From assembly GCA_036260945.1 (NCBI GenBank), contig DATALT010000002.1, positions 731,938 through 795,937 on the forward strand: 64,000 bases of DNA, in the 5' to 3' direction. Below are positions 39,252 through 50,442 of the stretch, piece after piece; positions within the stretch are counted from its first letter, which is position 1, and the number at the start of each line of letters is the position of its first letter. Source of the DNA: Candidatus Babeliales bacterium. GTDB taxonomy: Bacteria > Babelota > Babeliae > Babelales > JACPOV01. The position numbers and the translations under genes were made by a program. The notes under the pieces were generated by a model. It ran no database searches, had not been told where the DNA came from, and saw nothing but the letters and a program-made list of their open reading frames with translations.

Positions 39252-41497
39252 TTAAAAAAGCAGTCAAAAAGACAACATCTTCTAAATCTAAGAAGATCGT
39301 ACAAGTTAAAAAAAGCTCGGTTGCCGCAAAAGTATTGCGCGCGGCTACAAGTACTATTGCACGAGCGCTCAGCAAACTTGCCCCGGCAAAAAAATCGGCT
39401 CCCGCTCCTAAAAAGCCGCAAGCTAAAAAGAAACAAATAGCAAAACCTGCCGTTGCCCCTAAAATTAAAAAAGCTGCTGCACCCGTTACTCAAAAAAAAC
39501 CTGCGCCAGCTCCAGTTGCAAAACCACAAGAAAAAAAACCTACTGCTCCAGCAGTCAAACCGGTCCTTGCAGCAACTCCTCCCGCGCCAACTAAACCGGT
39601 AGCAAAACAACCTGCGAAGCCGACAAAAAAAGCTCCTGCAAAGCCAAGTTCAGCTCCGGAAATTGATCTGAAAGATGAAATATTTTCTACCATCCTTGAA
39701 AAAGGGAAGAAAATTGGTGCTCTTACCTATGAAGAACTGATTGAGTTCAGACAGCGCTACCAACTTTCTGATAAAGAGCTTTCAGAACTTATGCGCGTTC
39801 TTCCTCAAGAGGGCGTAGAACTTATCATGCAAGAAGAAGTTTCGGACGCTTATATTGAAGATCTTCCAAAAGATGAACTTGTTCCTGCTGCGCTTCCAGG
39901 TACCTTTGATGCACAAATAGAAATTGACACCGAAGAAGAAGAATCTGGCCAAGAAGATGAAGACGAAGCAGAAGAAGAGGAAGATAAATTAGTTGTTAAA
40001 GAAACAGCCTCTTCAGCACAATTGACCGATGGCGTAAAATGTTATTTACGTGATATTGGTAAAATTCCGTTGCTCAACAAAAAAACAGAGAAAGTAATTG
40101 CGGATCAGATTGCGCTTGGCAAAAGTGAAGCGATCGCCTCTATTTCAAAATTTCCGTTTATTCATAAAGAGTTGGTAAATATCGCGGATAAATTACAACG
40201 CAATACGCTTCCACTCAAAGATATTATTCAGTTCTCTGAGTTTGACCAAGAAAATCTTCCCAAAATTGAAGAAGAAAAAATGGCACTTCTTTCTATTTTG
40301 CTTGAAGTAAAAAACTTAATAGGCAACGAAGAGCAAATCTATCGCAGTTATCGAGCTAAACTTGCCGACCCTGCACAAAAAAAAGAGATGCTTGATAAGG
40401 TAAAAGAAAACAAAGAAGAGATCAGCAAAACCATTCAAACGATCAAGATCTCTAATAAGCTCATTCGCAAGCTCGCAAAACGGATTGAAAAAGCGATGCT
40501 CAAAATCGAAGAGAAAAAAGCTGAAATAGCGCTCGCTGAAAACGATTTAAAATCGCTTGCTCATCCTGAACATCCTTCTGCTGAACAAATTGCGCAAAGA
40601 GAAGAAATTGAGCGCATCATCCGCGGCGGATTTAAAACGATTAAAAAAGTTGAAGGCGAAATGGGTATCAGCCAGGAGCAAATTGAGAAAAATTATAATC
40701 AGCTCCAAGCCGGCCTTGATAAAGATAAACGAGCAAAAGATGATCTTGCAAAAGCAAACTTGCGCCTCGTTGTAAACATCGCAAAGAAATATATCAATAA
40801 AGGCCTCCCATTCTTAGATTTAATCCAAGAGGGAAACATCGGTTTAATGCGCGCGGTTGAAAAATTCGACTTTGAGCGCGGATTTAAATTTTCTACCTAT
40901 GCAACTTGGTGGATTCGCCAAGCAATTACTCGTGCAATAGCAGATCAGTCGCGTACAATTCGCGTACCGGTACATATGGTTGAAACGCTTAATAAAATTA
41001 ATAAAATCAAGCGCGTCTTTATCCAAGAACACGGCCGCGAACCATCTCACGCCGAACTTGCTAAAGAACTCAATATTGATGAAAAGAAAATTAAAAACAT
41101 TATCAAAATCTCTAAGGAACCTATCTCTCTTGAAACACCCGTTGGTGATAGTGAAGATGCGTTCATTAAAGACTTTATTGAAAACGAAAACGATTTCTCT
41201 CCTGCAGATACGGTCGCAAGTAATGATTTAAAAGAGCGTGTGCGCGAAGTTCTCAAAACACTTACACCACGTGAAGAAAAAGTCATTAAAATGCGTTTTG
41301 GTATCGATGTAGCTTCTGAGCATACGCTCGAAGAAGTAGGTAAGGATTTTTCCGTTACTCGTGAACGTATTCGCCAAATCGAGGTCAAGGCATTGCGCAA
41401 ACTCCGCCATCCATCTCGTAGCAAAAAGCTCCAAACATTTTTCGATAAAGAGTTTGAGAATTTGGATAAAGATTTTGATAATATGCCCAATGACTAG
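39248..41497 (+). CDS. rpoD: RNA polymerase sigma-70 factor RpoD with about 135-aa Lys/Ala/Pro-rich (histone H1-like) N-terminal extension
   Basis: Regions 1.2-4.2 present ([49 protein letters not shown], region 4 helix-turn-helix); dnaG-rpoD synteny. Confidence 0.9.
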   Translation: MIKKAVKKTTSSKSKKIVQVKKSSVAAKVLRAATSTIARALSKLAPAKKSAPAPKKPQAKKKQIAKPAVAPKIKKAAAPVTQKKPAPAPVAKPQEKKPTAPAVKPVLAATPPAPTKPVAKQPAKPTKKAPAKPSSAPEIDLKDEIFSTILEKGKKIGALTYEELIEFRQRYQLSDKELSELMRVLPQEGVELIMQEEVSDAYIEDLPKDELVPAALPGTFDAQIEIDTEEEESGQEDEDEAEEEEDKLVVKETASSAQLTDGVKCYLRDIGKIPLLNKKTEKVIADQIALGKSEAIASISKFPFIHKELVNIADKLQRNTLPLKDIIQFSEFDQENLPKIEEEKMALLSILLEVKNLIGNEEQIYRSYRAKLADPAQKKEMLDKVKENKEEISKTIQTIKISNKLIRKLAKRIEKAMLKIEEKKAEIALAENDLKSLAHPEHPSAEQIAQREEIERIIRGGFKTIKKVEGEMGISQEQIEKNYNQLQAGLDKDKRAKDDLAKANLRLVVNIAKKYINKGLPFLDLIQEGNIGLMRAVEKFDFERGFKFSTYATWWIRQAITRAIADQSRTIRVPVHMVETLNKINKIKRVFIQEHGREPSHAELAKELNIDEKKIKNIIKISKEPISLETPVGDSEDAFIKDFIENENDFSPADTVASNDLKERVREVLKTLTPREEKVIKMRFGIDVASEHTLEEVGKDFSVTRERIRQIEVKALRKLRHPSRSKKLQTFFDKEFENLDKDFDNMPND

Positions 41498-41553
41498 AAA
41501 ACAACATATTTAGTAATGAAAACAATTGTATTAATTTAAGGACCTTTTGATTT

Positions 41554-42864
41554 ATGGAACCTCCTTCGCTCTTTGATCATCTAATGTATACCGAAATAAT
41601 CGGTTTTATTATTGCGCTCATTTTTTGTGCAATATTTTCTTTCCTTGAAACGAGTATTACGGCACTGCGTCTTTTTAAGCTTAAAGAACTTGCAAGCAGT
41701 ACTTCATCTCGCTACAGAACACTCATGGCAACACTCGAAGAGAATCCACATCAGGTTCTTATTACCATATTAATTGCAAATAATATCGCAAACGTCACTG
41801 CCGCCGCATTAATTACAAACGTTATGGAGCGGATTTTTGCGCACCTTAATCTTTCTGGTAGCCTTGGCTTTTCGCTTGGAATTGGTATTGCTACGATCGC
41901 CATTTTAATTTTTGGGGAAGTTATTCCTAAAAACATGGCCAAAGTTCATGGTGCAGCATTGCTCCCATCCACCATGTGGTTCACTAACTTTATTTTCTAT
42001 CTTTTCTATCCGCTGGTAACTTTTCTCCTTAAATTTTCATCGAGCATCATTGCTTTCTTTGGTGGATCTTCGGAGCCGAGTGAATCGGTTACTTCTGAAC
42101 ATGAAGTACGCTTTTTGATCGATTATATTAATGAAAAAGGATTGATGGAGCGTGAAAAAACTGAAATGCTTCAAAGTATTTTTAAGCTTGGCAGTAAATC
42201 GGTACGCGAAATTATGGTTCCTGCAAGCGATATCGTAATGATCAACGCAGATACTCCACTCAAAAAAGCGGTAGAAACGTTTTCAAAATATCAGTTCTCT
42301 CGCTTTCCTATTTATGATGGGACAGCAGATAATATTATTGGCATGATTCACCAAAAAGATGTTTTTGTGGTAATGTCCAAAGGTGAAGAAAAATCACTAA
42401 CCGAGCTTGTTCGCCCAATTCTTTTTGTTCCTGATACGATGCGCATTAATCAATTGCTGCGCGAATTTAGAGAGCAACGCAAACATATTGCAATCGTTCT
42501 TAATGAGCACGGCATTATTACCGGCTTGGTGACGCTTGAAGACGTGCTTGAAGAAATCGTCGGCGATATTAGCGATGAATACGAACCAATTACAGAAAAA
42601 ATTATTCCGCACGAAAAAGGCGGCTGGATTGTTGATGGCGCAGTCGATCTTGAATCGCTCGCAAAAGTTTTGCATATCACTTTTGAATATGAAGAAGATG
42701 TCGTTACACTCGGCGGGTTTTTAACTTACCAATTACAGCATTTACCTAAAAAAGGTGAATCGATTGTTTATAAATCGTATACTTTCCAAGTTCAGAAAGC
42801 GAGCCCTCGACGAGTTTCTCAAGTTCTGGTAACGCACGAAAAAACGAACGCCCCAAAAAAATAA
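41554..42864 (+). CDS. CNNM/TlyC-family transporter (DUF21-CBS-CorC_HlyC)
   Basis: Four N-terminal TM segments, CBS pair, C-terminal CorC/HlyC domain. Confidence 0.8.
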   Translation: MEPPSLFDHLMYTEIIGFIIALIFCAIFSFLETSITALRLFKLKELASSTSSRYRTLMATLEENPHQVLITILIANNIANVTAAALITNVMERIFAHLNLSGSLGFSLGIGIATIAILIFGEVIPKNMAKVHGAALLPSTMWFTNFIFYLFYPLVTFLLKFSSSIIAFFGGSSEPSESVTSEHEVRFLIDYINEKGLMEREKTEMLQSIFKLGSKSVREIMVPASDIVMINADTPLKKAVETFSKYQFSRFPIYDGTADNIIGMIHQKDVFVVMSKGEEKSLTELVRPILFVPDTMRINQLLREFREQRKHIAIVLNEHGIITGLVTLEDVLEEIVGDISDEYEPITEKIIPHEKGGWIVDGAVDLESLAKVLHITFEYEEDVVTLGGFLTYQLQHLPKKGESIVYKSYTFQVQKASPRRVSQVLVTHEKTNAPKK

Positions 42865-42957
42865 TTTGCTGGTGTATATTTAAAAAAGTTGACTGTTTTG
42901 CGATCATTTTTTTAGTCTTTCTGCAGCATAAAATAGTTTTGGCTCAGGAGCTGGAGA

Positions 42958-43416
42958 ATGAAGATACATTACGTTGTATTGATCGCTTGCTGCTTTTTCT
43001 CTTCAAAAAATTATACCGCCTCGCGCGCTTCTCATTCACTCAGTGAACGGCCAGTGATGTATTTTCCCGTTCCACTTTATAATGAAAATGAACAGCGCGA
43101 AATTATCGAACACATCGATGATCAAATGGTGCAAAAACCAAAGCCCAATTGGCTTCGGCACTTACTGTGCATTATAGCAAATATTGGAAGAGCGATTCTT
43201 GAACGAGAAAATAAAGATCAAATGCATCTTCATGTGGGCAATATTTTTAATAATGTCGCTTCGCTTGCCCATGAATTTTCCACACGATCACTATCGGCTC
43301 ACGATAGAAAAAAAGCAATAGAACAATTAATTGAGCAAATCGAGGATCTTGCACAAACGCTCCCCGAGCCGGTTGTTGTTTGCGGCAAAAAAAATATCGT
43401 ATGCATCCAACGTTAG
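42958..43416 (+). CDS. hypothetical small secreted protein
   Basis: Signal peptide. Confidence 0.4.
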   Translation: MKIHYVVLIACCFFSSKNYTASRASHSLSERPVMYFPVPLYNENEQREIIEHIDDQMVQKPKPNWLRHLLCIIANIGRAILERENKDQMHLHVGNIFNNVASLAHEFSTRSLSAHDRKKAIEQLIEQIEDLAQTLPEPVVVCGKKNIVCIQR

Positions 43417-44165
43417 TAAGTATTCAGTACACGCTCAACGATATGTGGCACCATAGAATTACTTCATTTGCATCTGCCGTATGCACATCACTATATTTGA
43501 TAGGTTATTTTTTAACAACGCTTATTGTGAGCGGGCATACGAAAGTGCTTATAGATTTTTGCTGCGGCGCTTATCATCTTTTTTCAATCTTGTTTGTTCT
43601 TATTTTTGTATTGAATTATTTGCACCGGCTAGAGCACACTCATTTTTATCATTGGTTTTTAACGAGTGGATGCTCGCGGGCTGAATTCATCATTGGTGCT
43701 TTTGGCGCATTATGTATGCTGATGATTGCCACTGCGTTTCTATTTTTTTTGGCATCAATTCTTTTTTTACATCATCAAACGAATGTTTGGTTTTTTTACT
43801 TATGGCCCGTATTTTGTGCACACGCTCTTGAAGGAGTATTTCTTATTTCTTTTGCATATTTTTGGAGCACACTTCTTTCACTTTATTGGTGCTATGCAGC
43901 ACTTCTGGGATCATATCTGATTTGCCTTCTTAATCATTCTTGGATCGTGATAATCGAACAAAAAACAACTGGGATTGCGCGCGCTGCTTGCTTTGCATTT
44001 TATTATTTAATGCCAGATTTGGATCTTCTTAACATTCAATCGAACGTGATGTATGAGCTACCAATAAATTATTCACAATTATTTTTTGCTACAACCTACA
44101 TTCTCTGCTATTGTGCTCTGTTGCTAATAGGAACGGTCACAGTCTTTCAAAAAAAGAATCTATGA
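43401..44165 (+). CDS. hypothetical polytopic membrane protein
   Basis: Six or more hydrophobic segments. Confidence 0.4.
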   Translation: MHPTLVSIQYTLNDMWHHRITSFASAVCTSLYLIGYFLTTLIVSGHTKVLIDFCCGAYHLFSILFVLIFVLNYLHRLEHTHFYHWFLTSGCSRAEFIIGAFGALCMLMIATAFLFFLASILFLHHQTNVWFFYLWPVFCAHALEGVFLISFAYFWSTLLSLYWCYAALLGSYLICLLNHSWIVIIEQKTTGIARAACFAFYYLMPDLDLLNIQSNVMYELPINYSQLFFATTYILCYCALLLIGTVTVFQKKNL

Positions 44166-44345
44166 TCAAAATACTTGCGCAATCCCACTATTTCAAACTT
44201 CAGAATTAAAAACTATCTAAAAATTGCCACTTTACGGGTTGGCCGAAAAACGCCCGCTAGACAATTTCTTAAGATCAATTTACAATTATAAATAGAATCA
44301 AAAAACTCATTTTTTACCCTTTTTTTACATAAGAACACAACGATT

Positions 44346-46136
44346 ATGTCAGCTTCAAAAATTCGTAATATTGCAATTATTGCTCACGTTGACCATGGTA
44401 AAACTACCCTGGTTGATAAACTCTTGCGCCAATCGGGCACTTTGACCGACATGCAAACGGACCGCGTTATGGACTCAAACGCCATTGAAAAAGAACGTGG
44501 TATTACCATTTTGGCAAAACAAACCGGTATCTATTATAACGATTACAATATCAATATCGTTGATACCCCAGGACATACCGACTTTGGTGGTGAGGTTGAG
44601 CGTACATTGCAAATGGTTGAAGGCTTTTTACTTCTCGTAGATGCAGCTGAGGGTGTTCTTCCAGGAACCCGTTTCGTTTTGCGTAAAGCGCTTGAACTGA
44701 ACCTGAAGCCGATCGTTCTTATCAATAAAATTGACCGTCCCGATGCAAATATTGATCACACCGAAAATGCGGTGCACGATCTGTTTCTCGATTTAGCCAC
44801 CGATTCTTCCCAACTTGATTTTCCATTGCTTTATGGTTCATCTAAGCTCGGTTTTGCTGGTTACGACAAATCGGCTCGCTCAGGCGATATGAACCCTCTT
44901 TTTGATGCAATTATCAAAAACGTTCCGGCTCCAAAACCGTATGCCGATTACTTGCAAATGCTTGTTACCAGCTTAGATTATTCAGACTTCCTGGGAATTG
45001 TTGCTATCGGGCGGGTTTTCAGTGGTTCGATGAAAGTTGGCCAAGATATTGTTTGCTGCAAAGATACTACGATCAGCAAGCCAACAAGAATTACAAAAAT
45101 TTATACATTCCATGGTCTTCAAAGAAAAGAAACACCGGAAGTAAGCTACGGCCAAATCGTGGCAGTAACTGGATTTAACGAACCCGTAACTATTGGTATG
45201 ACTCTTTGCCAGCTTGATCAGCCGCACCCATACCCATACGTTTCTATCGATGAACCGACCTTATCTGTCTTCGTTTCGGTAAACGATTCCCCATTTAGCG
45301 GCAGAGATGGAAAACTTCTAACCTCTCGCCAAATCAAAGATCGCCTTGAAAAAGAGCTAAAAATTAACGTCGCATTGCGCGTTGAGCCAACAGATTCGCC
45401 CGAAACCTTTAAAGTTTCAGGACGCGGCCAACTGCACTTGGGCATTTTATTTGAAAATATGCGCCGCGAAGGCTTCGAATTCCAACTTTCTGCGCCTGAA
45501 GTTATCTATAAAACGATCGATGGCGAAAAATGCGAACCGATCGAATACGTTGTTATCGATATTGATCCTGAATACCAGGGGATCATTATGGAACGCTTGG
45601 GCAAAAAGAAAGCTGAGCTTAAAAATCTTATTCAGCAGCACAACGGCCGCTTGCGTATGGAGTTTGAAATTCCAGCACGCGGGCTTCTTGGATTCCGTTC
45701 GCAGTTCTTAACCGATACGCGCGGAACCGGCTTATTCACAACTCAATTCCATGGCTATCAACCGTACAAGGGTGATATCCCTGGCCGCACTAAAGGTGCA
45801 ATGGTTTCGATGGATAACGGCGTTGCAACTGCGTATGCACTCGATAACTTACAAGATCGGGGCACGCTTTTTGTCAGCCCTACTGACGAAATTTATGAAG
45901 GCATGATCGTTGGTGAAAACAGCCGCGATAATGATATGGATGTCAATCCATGTAAAGCGAAAAAGTTAACAAACATGCGCGCATCAGGATCTGATGATCT
46001 TATTAAGATTACTCCAGCGCGCTTCATGGAGCTTGAACGCTGCATGGAATGGATTCAACCTGATGAATTGATCGAAGTAACACCGCATCATATTAGATTG
46101 CGCAAAAAAGCATTACGCGCTTCAATGCGAAAATAA
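44346..46136 (+). CDS. typA: translational GTPase TypA/BipA
   Basis: [19 protein letters not shown]-motifs; EF-G-like domain order; 596 aa. Confidence 0.9.
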   Translation: MSASKIRNIAIIAHVDHGKTTLVDKLLRQSGTLTDMQTDRVMDSNAIEKERGITILAKQTGIYYNDYNINIVDTPGHTDFGGEVERTLQMVEGFLLLVDAAEGVLPGTRFVLRKALELNLKPIVLINKIDRPDANIDHTENAVHDLFLDLATDSSQLDFPLLYGSSKLGFAGYDKSARSGDMNPLFDAIIKNVPAPKPYADYLQMLVTSLDYSDFLGIVAIGRVFSGSMKVGQDIVCCKDTTISKPTRITKIYTFHGLQRKETPEVSYGQIVAVTGFNEPVTIGMTLCQLDQPHPYPYVSIDEPTLSVFVSVNDSPFSGRDGKLLTSRQIKDRLEKELKINVALRVEPTDSPETFKVSGRGQLHLGILFENMRREGFEFQLSAPEVIYKTIDGEKCEPIEYVVIDIDPEYQGIIMERLGKKKAELKNLIQQHNGRLRMEFEIPARGLLGFRSQFLTDTRGTGLFTTQFHGYQPYKGDIPGRTKGAMVSMDNGVATAYALDNLQDRGTLFVSPTDEIYEGMIVGENSRDNDMDVNPCKAKKLTNMRASGSDDLIKITPARFMELERCMEWIQPDELIEVTPHHIRLRKKALRASMRK

Positions 46137-46152
46137 CGTTTATCATTTTTTC

Positions 46153-46905
46153 ATGGCACGCTACAAATTTATTTTAGCATATGATGGCACTGCGTATTCA
46201 GGTTGGCAACAGCAGCCTAATAACTCTGCCGTTAGTAATGTGCTTGAAAAAAAATTTAAAGAAGTTTTTTTTCGGCCAATTTCTGTCATCGGCGCATCGC
46301 GCACTGATGCTGGAGTGCATGCACTTGGGCAAGTTGTTATTTTTGATTCTGAACTTTCAATAGAACCTTATGCGCTTGAACGGGCTTGGAATAACAAGTT
46401 GCCCAACGATTTGCTTATTCGTTCAATCGAATATGCGCCAACATCATTCCACCCTCAGGCAAACGTTAAACAAAAAGAATATTGGTATCATTTTTTTCTG
46501 CATCGTCCACTGCCATTTGCTGCGCGCTATGGATTTTGGATGCGGCATGAAATCGATCTAAAAAAGTTAAACGATGCTTTGCAAATTTTTGTAGGGACGC
46601 ATGATTTCCGTTCATTTTGCAGCGGTGAACAACCAACAACCATACGCACAGTAGATGAGATTTCGGTCGACTATATAAAAAGATTCGGTGTTTATCGGAT
46701 TAAAGTTCGTGGCCCTAAATTTTTGCGGTATATGATTCGTAGAATGGTTGGCGCAGCACTTGAAGTTTCATCGCGACCTGAGTTATCAATAAGATATATC
46801 GAAGAAATATTGAATGCGAAAAACCCTGAGCATACGCTTCCAAATGCGCCGGCTCATGGATTAATGCTCGCTCACATTGAATATAATGAAGGATCTCATG
46901 AGTAA
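46153..46905 (+). CDS. truA: tRNA pseudouridine38-40 synthase
   Basis: YDGTAYSGWQ and RTDAGVHA catalytic-Asp motifs. Confidence 0.85.
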   Translation: MARYKFILAYDGTAYSGWQQQPNNSAVSNVLEKKFKEVFFRPISVIGASRTDAGVHALGQVVIFDSELSIEPYALERAWNNKLPNDLLIRSIEYAPTSFHPQANVKQKEYWYHFFLHRPLPFAARYGFWMRHEIDLKKLNDALQIFVGTHDFRSFCSGEQPTTIRTVDEISVDYIKRFGVYRIKVRGPKFLRYMIRRMVGAALEVSSRPELSIRYIEEILNAKNPEHTLPNAPAHGLMLAHIEYNEGSHE

Positions 46906-47464
46906 ATTCACTCGTAGTCGCCTGCTCGCTTTTGCTCTAGCAATTTCAGTTATGGTTGGCGGCGGCATAATTGCAGTTCATCACTATGTTGCAAAATCAA
47001 AAATTGAAATTTTAGATTTTGATGAAAATAGAGATAAATCGTTCATTCTAGATATTTTCAAGAACGATTGGTACTGGCTGGTAAGTGAATATTCAACCGA
47101 TTTTTCTCCCGAATATATGATGCATTATCGCGCATCATCAAAAAGCGCAGAGAATATTGGTGATCTTACGATAAAAGTAATTTATGAAAACGGAAAACCT
47201 GTTGGATTTACTGCATACCATAAATTATCGCTCTATATTGGACGTATTATCTTCGTAGCTGTAGATAAAAATTTCCGTTCCAAAGGATATGGATATAAAT
47301 TGCTACAATTGGCGGTTGATGATCTAAAATCACGCGGCGCACAAAAAATTCGCCTCGTAACACGTACGAACAATGCACCTGGAATCAAGCTTTACACACG
47401 TTTCGGGTTTAAAGAAACAAGTCGGGATGAAGATGGATTTGTTTATTTCCAATATGAGGTATAA
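46898..47464 (+). CDS. GNAT-family N-acetyltransferase with N-terminal TM
   Basis: GAAGGA Shine-Dalgarno plus ATG at 46898; acetyl-CoA motif RSKGYGYKLL. Confidence 0.65.
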   Translation: MSKFTRSRLLAFALAISVMVGGGIIAVHHYVAKSKIEILDFDENRDKSFILDIFKNDWYWLVSEYSTDFSPEYMMHYRASSKSAENIGDLTIKVIYENGKPVGFTAYHKLSLYIGRIIFVAVDKNFRSKGYGYKLLQLAVDDLKSRGAQKIRLVTRTNNAPGIKLYTRFGFKETSRDEDGFVYFQYEV

Positions 47465-47488
47465 ACTATCGGCGTAAATCACAAAAAA

Positions 47489-48403
47489 ATGGTAGCGGTA
47501 ATGAAAAGCATTCATAAGATGAAAAAAAATATTTTTTTTTGTTTTCTCAGTTCTTATTTTTTATGGGCAACAGTAAGTGCTCTTCAAGCAAATGACCAAA
47601 TTAAGCAAGGAAATCTTGCACTTCCAACTTCGCAGCGCCCAGGTCCACTCTATGGATTTGGCCAAAATGTTTTTCAGCGTGGTGATTTGCTCGGATTAAT
47701 GTTCATTCCGTTCATTGGAAAGAAACATGAACAATTCACCGAAATTAATTCAGGAATTCTTTACGGAATTAATAATAGTTCATCAATTTTTGTGCTAATT
47801 GAATCTTCACCTCAATATAAAGTCAATAATAATCGCGCATCGGGTATTGAAGATATGTTCATTCAATATGAATATGCCCCCTATTTTAAACGAAACTATA
47901 GATCAAGCGATTATTTTACTGTCGTTGCAACTCTCTTTATGCCCACCGGCCCTGTGTTAAAACTACCTCGCGCATTTGGCTCGCCGTCATTCTTTTTTGG
48001 CGCGACAGTGGGAACAGTCCGCGAGCAATGGTACATCTACACTTCTCACGGTGCACTTATAACAACAAGTCACAAAGGCACAAAAATTGGGAACGAGATT
48101 GTATATCAGTTTGGATTGGGAAAAAATATTGCATATAGATCTGATAAATGGATTCTAAATTGGTTGGTCGAATTTTTTGGGCTTTATTCATTCAAAGATA
48201 AAATTCACCGTATGATAGATCCAAATACTGGCGGAAACGTAATTTCAATTATTCCCTCGCTCTGGTTTTCTAACCAGCGCTTCATTTTACAAGTCGGCTG
48301 CGGGTTCGTGCCAGCTCAGAATCAAAACGGAATACAAAATAAATTCACCTATTTTGGAGCGGTCAATCTTGTGTGGAAATTTGCAGGGCCAGCTTTACAT
48401 TAA
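47489..48403 (+). CDS. hypothetical secreted protein (possible outer-membrane protein)
   Basis: Signal peptide; alternating hydrophobic pattern; no family recognised. Confidence 0.4.
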   Translation: MVAVMKSIHKMKKNIFFCFLSSYFLWATVSALQANDQIKQGNLALPTSQRPGPLYGFGQNVFQRGDLLGLMFIPFIGKKHEQFTEINSGILYGINNSSSIFVLIESSPQYKVNNNRASGIEDMFIQYEYAPYFKRNYRSSDYFTVVATLFMPTGPVLKLPRAFGSPSFFFGATVGTVREQWYIYTSHGALITTSHKGTKIGNEIVYQFGLGKNIAYRSDKWILNWLVEFFGLYSFKDKIHRMIDPNTGGNVISIIPSLWFSNQRFILQVGCGFVPAQNQNGIQNKFTYFGAVNLVWKFAGPALH

Positions 48404-48422
48404 ATAGGGAGCTTGTACGGTT

Positions 48423-49151
48423 ATGTACTCGATTAAAAAAATGATTCTTTCTACAGTCGTTATTCTGAGCACAATTGGTTGTATTTTTTATTTTAATCAT
48501 AAGCAAACAGGCCCAAAATTTGCCGAGGGAACAAAAATGCTTATTTTTGATTTCGATGGAACCATCGCAGATTCTCTCCCAGCTCTCTTTCAAGCTCTTA
48601 ATAATAATGCTTCTTACTATGGTTACAAAAAAATAGACAATCTTAATTCTTTAATCGGCAAAGATAGTGCAGAATTGCTTCAAGCTTTTGAGATTTCCTT
48701 TATTAAATTACCGCTTGTTGTTAACGCAATTCGTAAAGAAATAAGCACCCAAATGACATCTATTAAACCGTTTGATAACCTCCTTTCAATTTTTTCGCAA
48801 TTACATTCTCAAGGAATAAAACTAGGGATTGTAACCACAAATTCAACAGAAAATGTTAAACAATTTCTTGCGCACCACAATCTTGATTATTTTGATTTAA
48901 TTCATGGCGGCAATAGCTTGTTCGGCAAAGGAAAAATTCTCCATCAACTATTAAAAGATCATAATCTGAAAGCGTCTGATATTATTTACATCGGGGATGA
49001 AACCCGCGATATAGATGCGGCAAAAGAAAATAGCATTAGATGTGCCGCTGTCACCTGGGGATTATGCACCGCAGAAAAACTCACAATTAAAAAACCAGAT
49101 TTTATGATAAGTGAAAAATCTGAATTATTAGCTCTGGCGCAACTAATTTAG
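48423..49151 (+). CDS. HAD-superfamily hydrolase (phosphatase) with N-terminal TM
   Basis: HAD motif I (LIFDFDGTIADS), motif II (VTTNS), motif IV (GDETRDID). Confidence 0.75.
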   Translation: MYSIKKMILSTVVILSTIGCIFYFNHKQTGPKFAEGTKMLIFDFDGTIADSLPALFQALNNNASYYGYKKIDNLNSLIGKDSAELLQAFEISFIKLPLVVNAIRKEISTQMTSIKPFDNLLSIFSQLHSQGIKLGIVTTNSTENVKQFLAHHNLDYFDLIHGGNSLFGKGKILHQLLKDHNLKASDIIYIGDETRDIDAAKENSIRCAAVTWGLCTAEKLTIKKPDFMISEKSELLALAQLI

Positions 49152-49182
49152 AACTATGCAATTAATAATTTATAAGTAGTTG

Positions 49183-50442
49183 CTATTTTTTTGCCAATAA
49201 CAGAATCATCGCACAAAAACTTAAGCACGCAGCATACGTAAAACCAATTGCTGGCGAAAATAAATTCCAAAGACCCCCAACAAGTGCACTTGAAATAAAA
49301 TCGCCAACGCCATCTATCGCTTGCAGAATACCGAAACCAGTTCCGCGCACATCTTCTGGAAGTAGGGTTGCTGCATGCGCCTTTTTAAGTGCTTTAACCG
49401 TTCCTGAGCTCAATCCCGCAATTCCAAAAAGAAGAAACCATAGTGATACCTGCGTCGGCTCAAAAATAAGGCACATGCTTGTTAGGCCGAATGCGCCGAA
49501 CCCAAAAATAGCCAATAACTTTTTTCGATTCACAAAATCGCTTAATGACCCAATACTGAACTCGCATAATGATCGAATAATGTTAAAAAAAACATAGAAT
49601 AGAATTACCCAACCACTTGCAATAATTGATGAACTTTTCATCACCATATACTGCTTTTGAACGCGATAAATTAAAAGCGTTTGGTTAAAATTACCAAGAC
49701 CAAAAAGAAGCACAACCCAAAGGAAATATTTAAAATCTGGCGGCAGTTGATCTATTTCTTTCAGCCACGGTTGAGGAGATTTACGCATTCGCTCGTTCTC
49801 TTTTATTTCGCGTGTAAAAACGAGGAGCGCAAATAATGAAAAAATACCTGGAATAATTGCAATAAAAAAAATCGTTCTGAATGAAACTTTGTTCACGATA
49901 AAATATGTCAGTAGTGGCCCTACAATCGCCCCAGCGCTATCGAGGGCCCTATTAAAACCAAACGCTCGCCCATAATATTTCGATGTGACGATTTTTGAAA
50001 GCCATGTATCTCGAATTGGCTCACGCATAGCCTTAAAGAGCCACGCAATCGTTTTATAAAATAGAACATTCCACACGGACGATGCTGTTCCGATCAAACC
50101 TACAAAAATAGGCATGATGCCGTAACCAGCAATCAGATAGGGTTTGTAATGAGCAACTGTATCTGCAAGGCGCCCAGATAACACTCTTGTAATCGATGCC
50201 AAGCCGTTTGACAACCCTTCTATAATTCCTAACGCGAACGCTCCATAACCGGGACCAACGAGTTGCTCAATAAACAACGGCAAAATGGGGGTCGTCATTT
50301 CGAAACAAAAATCACTAAAAAAGCTTGTTAATCCAAATCCAACAATAGTTCTATTCAACCAAGAGTGCTTAATCTTCAATCTTTTTCCTCTCCATCTCTT
50401 TTGGTAATCGAATGTGCATTTGATTAAGTATCCATGGCGCAA
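49183..50442 (-). CDS. MFS transporter
   Basis: 12 TM segments; start uncertain because the ORF-track start overlaps the gpmI 3' end by 74 nt. Confidence 0.7.
   Translation of the reverse strand: MRHGYLIKCTFDYQKRWRGKRLKIKHSWLNRTIVGFGLTSFFSDFCFEMTTPILPLFIEQLVGPGYGAFALGIIEGLSNGLASITRVLSGRLADTVAHYKPYLIAGYGIMPIFVGLIGTASSVWNVLFYKTIAWLFKAMREPIRDTWLSKIVTSKYYGRAFGFNRALDSAGAIVGPLLTYFIVNKVSFRTIFFIAIIPGIFSLFALLVFTREIKENERMRKSPQPWLKEIDQLPPDFKYFLWVVLLFGLGNFNQTLLIYRVQKQYMVMKSSSIIASGWVILFYVFFNIIRSLCEFSIGSLSDFVNRKKLLAIFGFGAFGLTSMCLIFEPTQVSLWFLLFGIAGLSSGTVKALKKAHAATLLPEDVRGTGFGILQAIDGVGDFISSALVGGLWNLFSPAIGFTYAACLSFCAMILLLAKK

Noticed and set aside
39209-39693. Minus-strand ORFs (133 and 67 aa) antisense to the rpoD 5' region
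   Set aside because: Produced by the Lys/Ala/Pro-rich low-complexity coding repeat. Cys/Phe/Arg-rich nonsense translation.
50369-50442. 74-nt overlap between gpmI 3' end and MFS transporter 5' end, and a 35-56 nt trhO/murB overlap
   Set aside because: Most likely due to over-extended start-codon calls in the ORF track (alternative internal or TTG starts exist) rather than genuine long overlaps. Not evidence of a frameshift.
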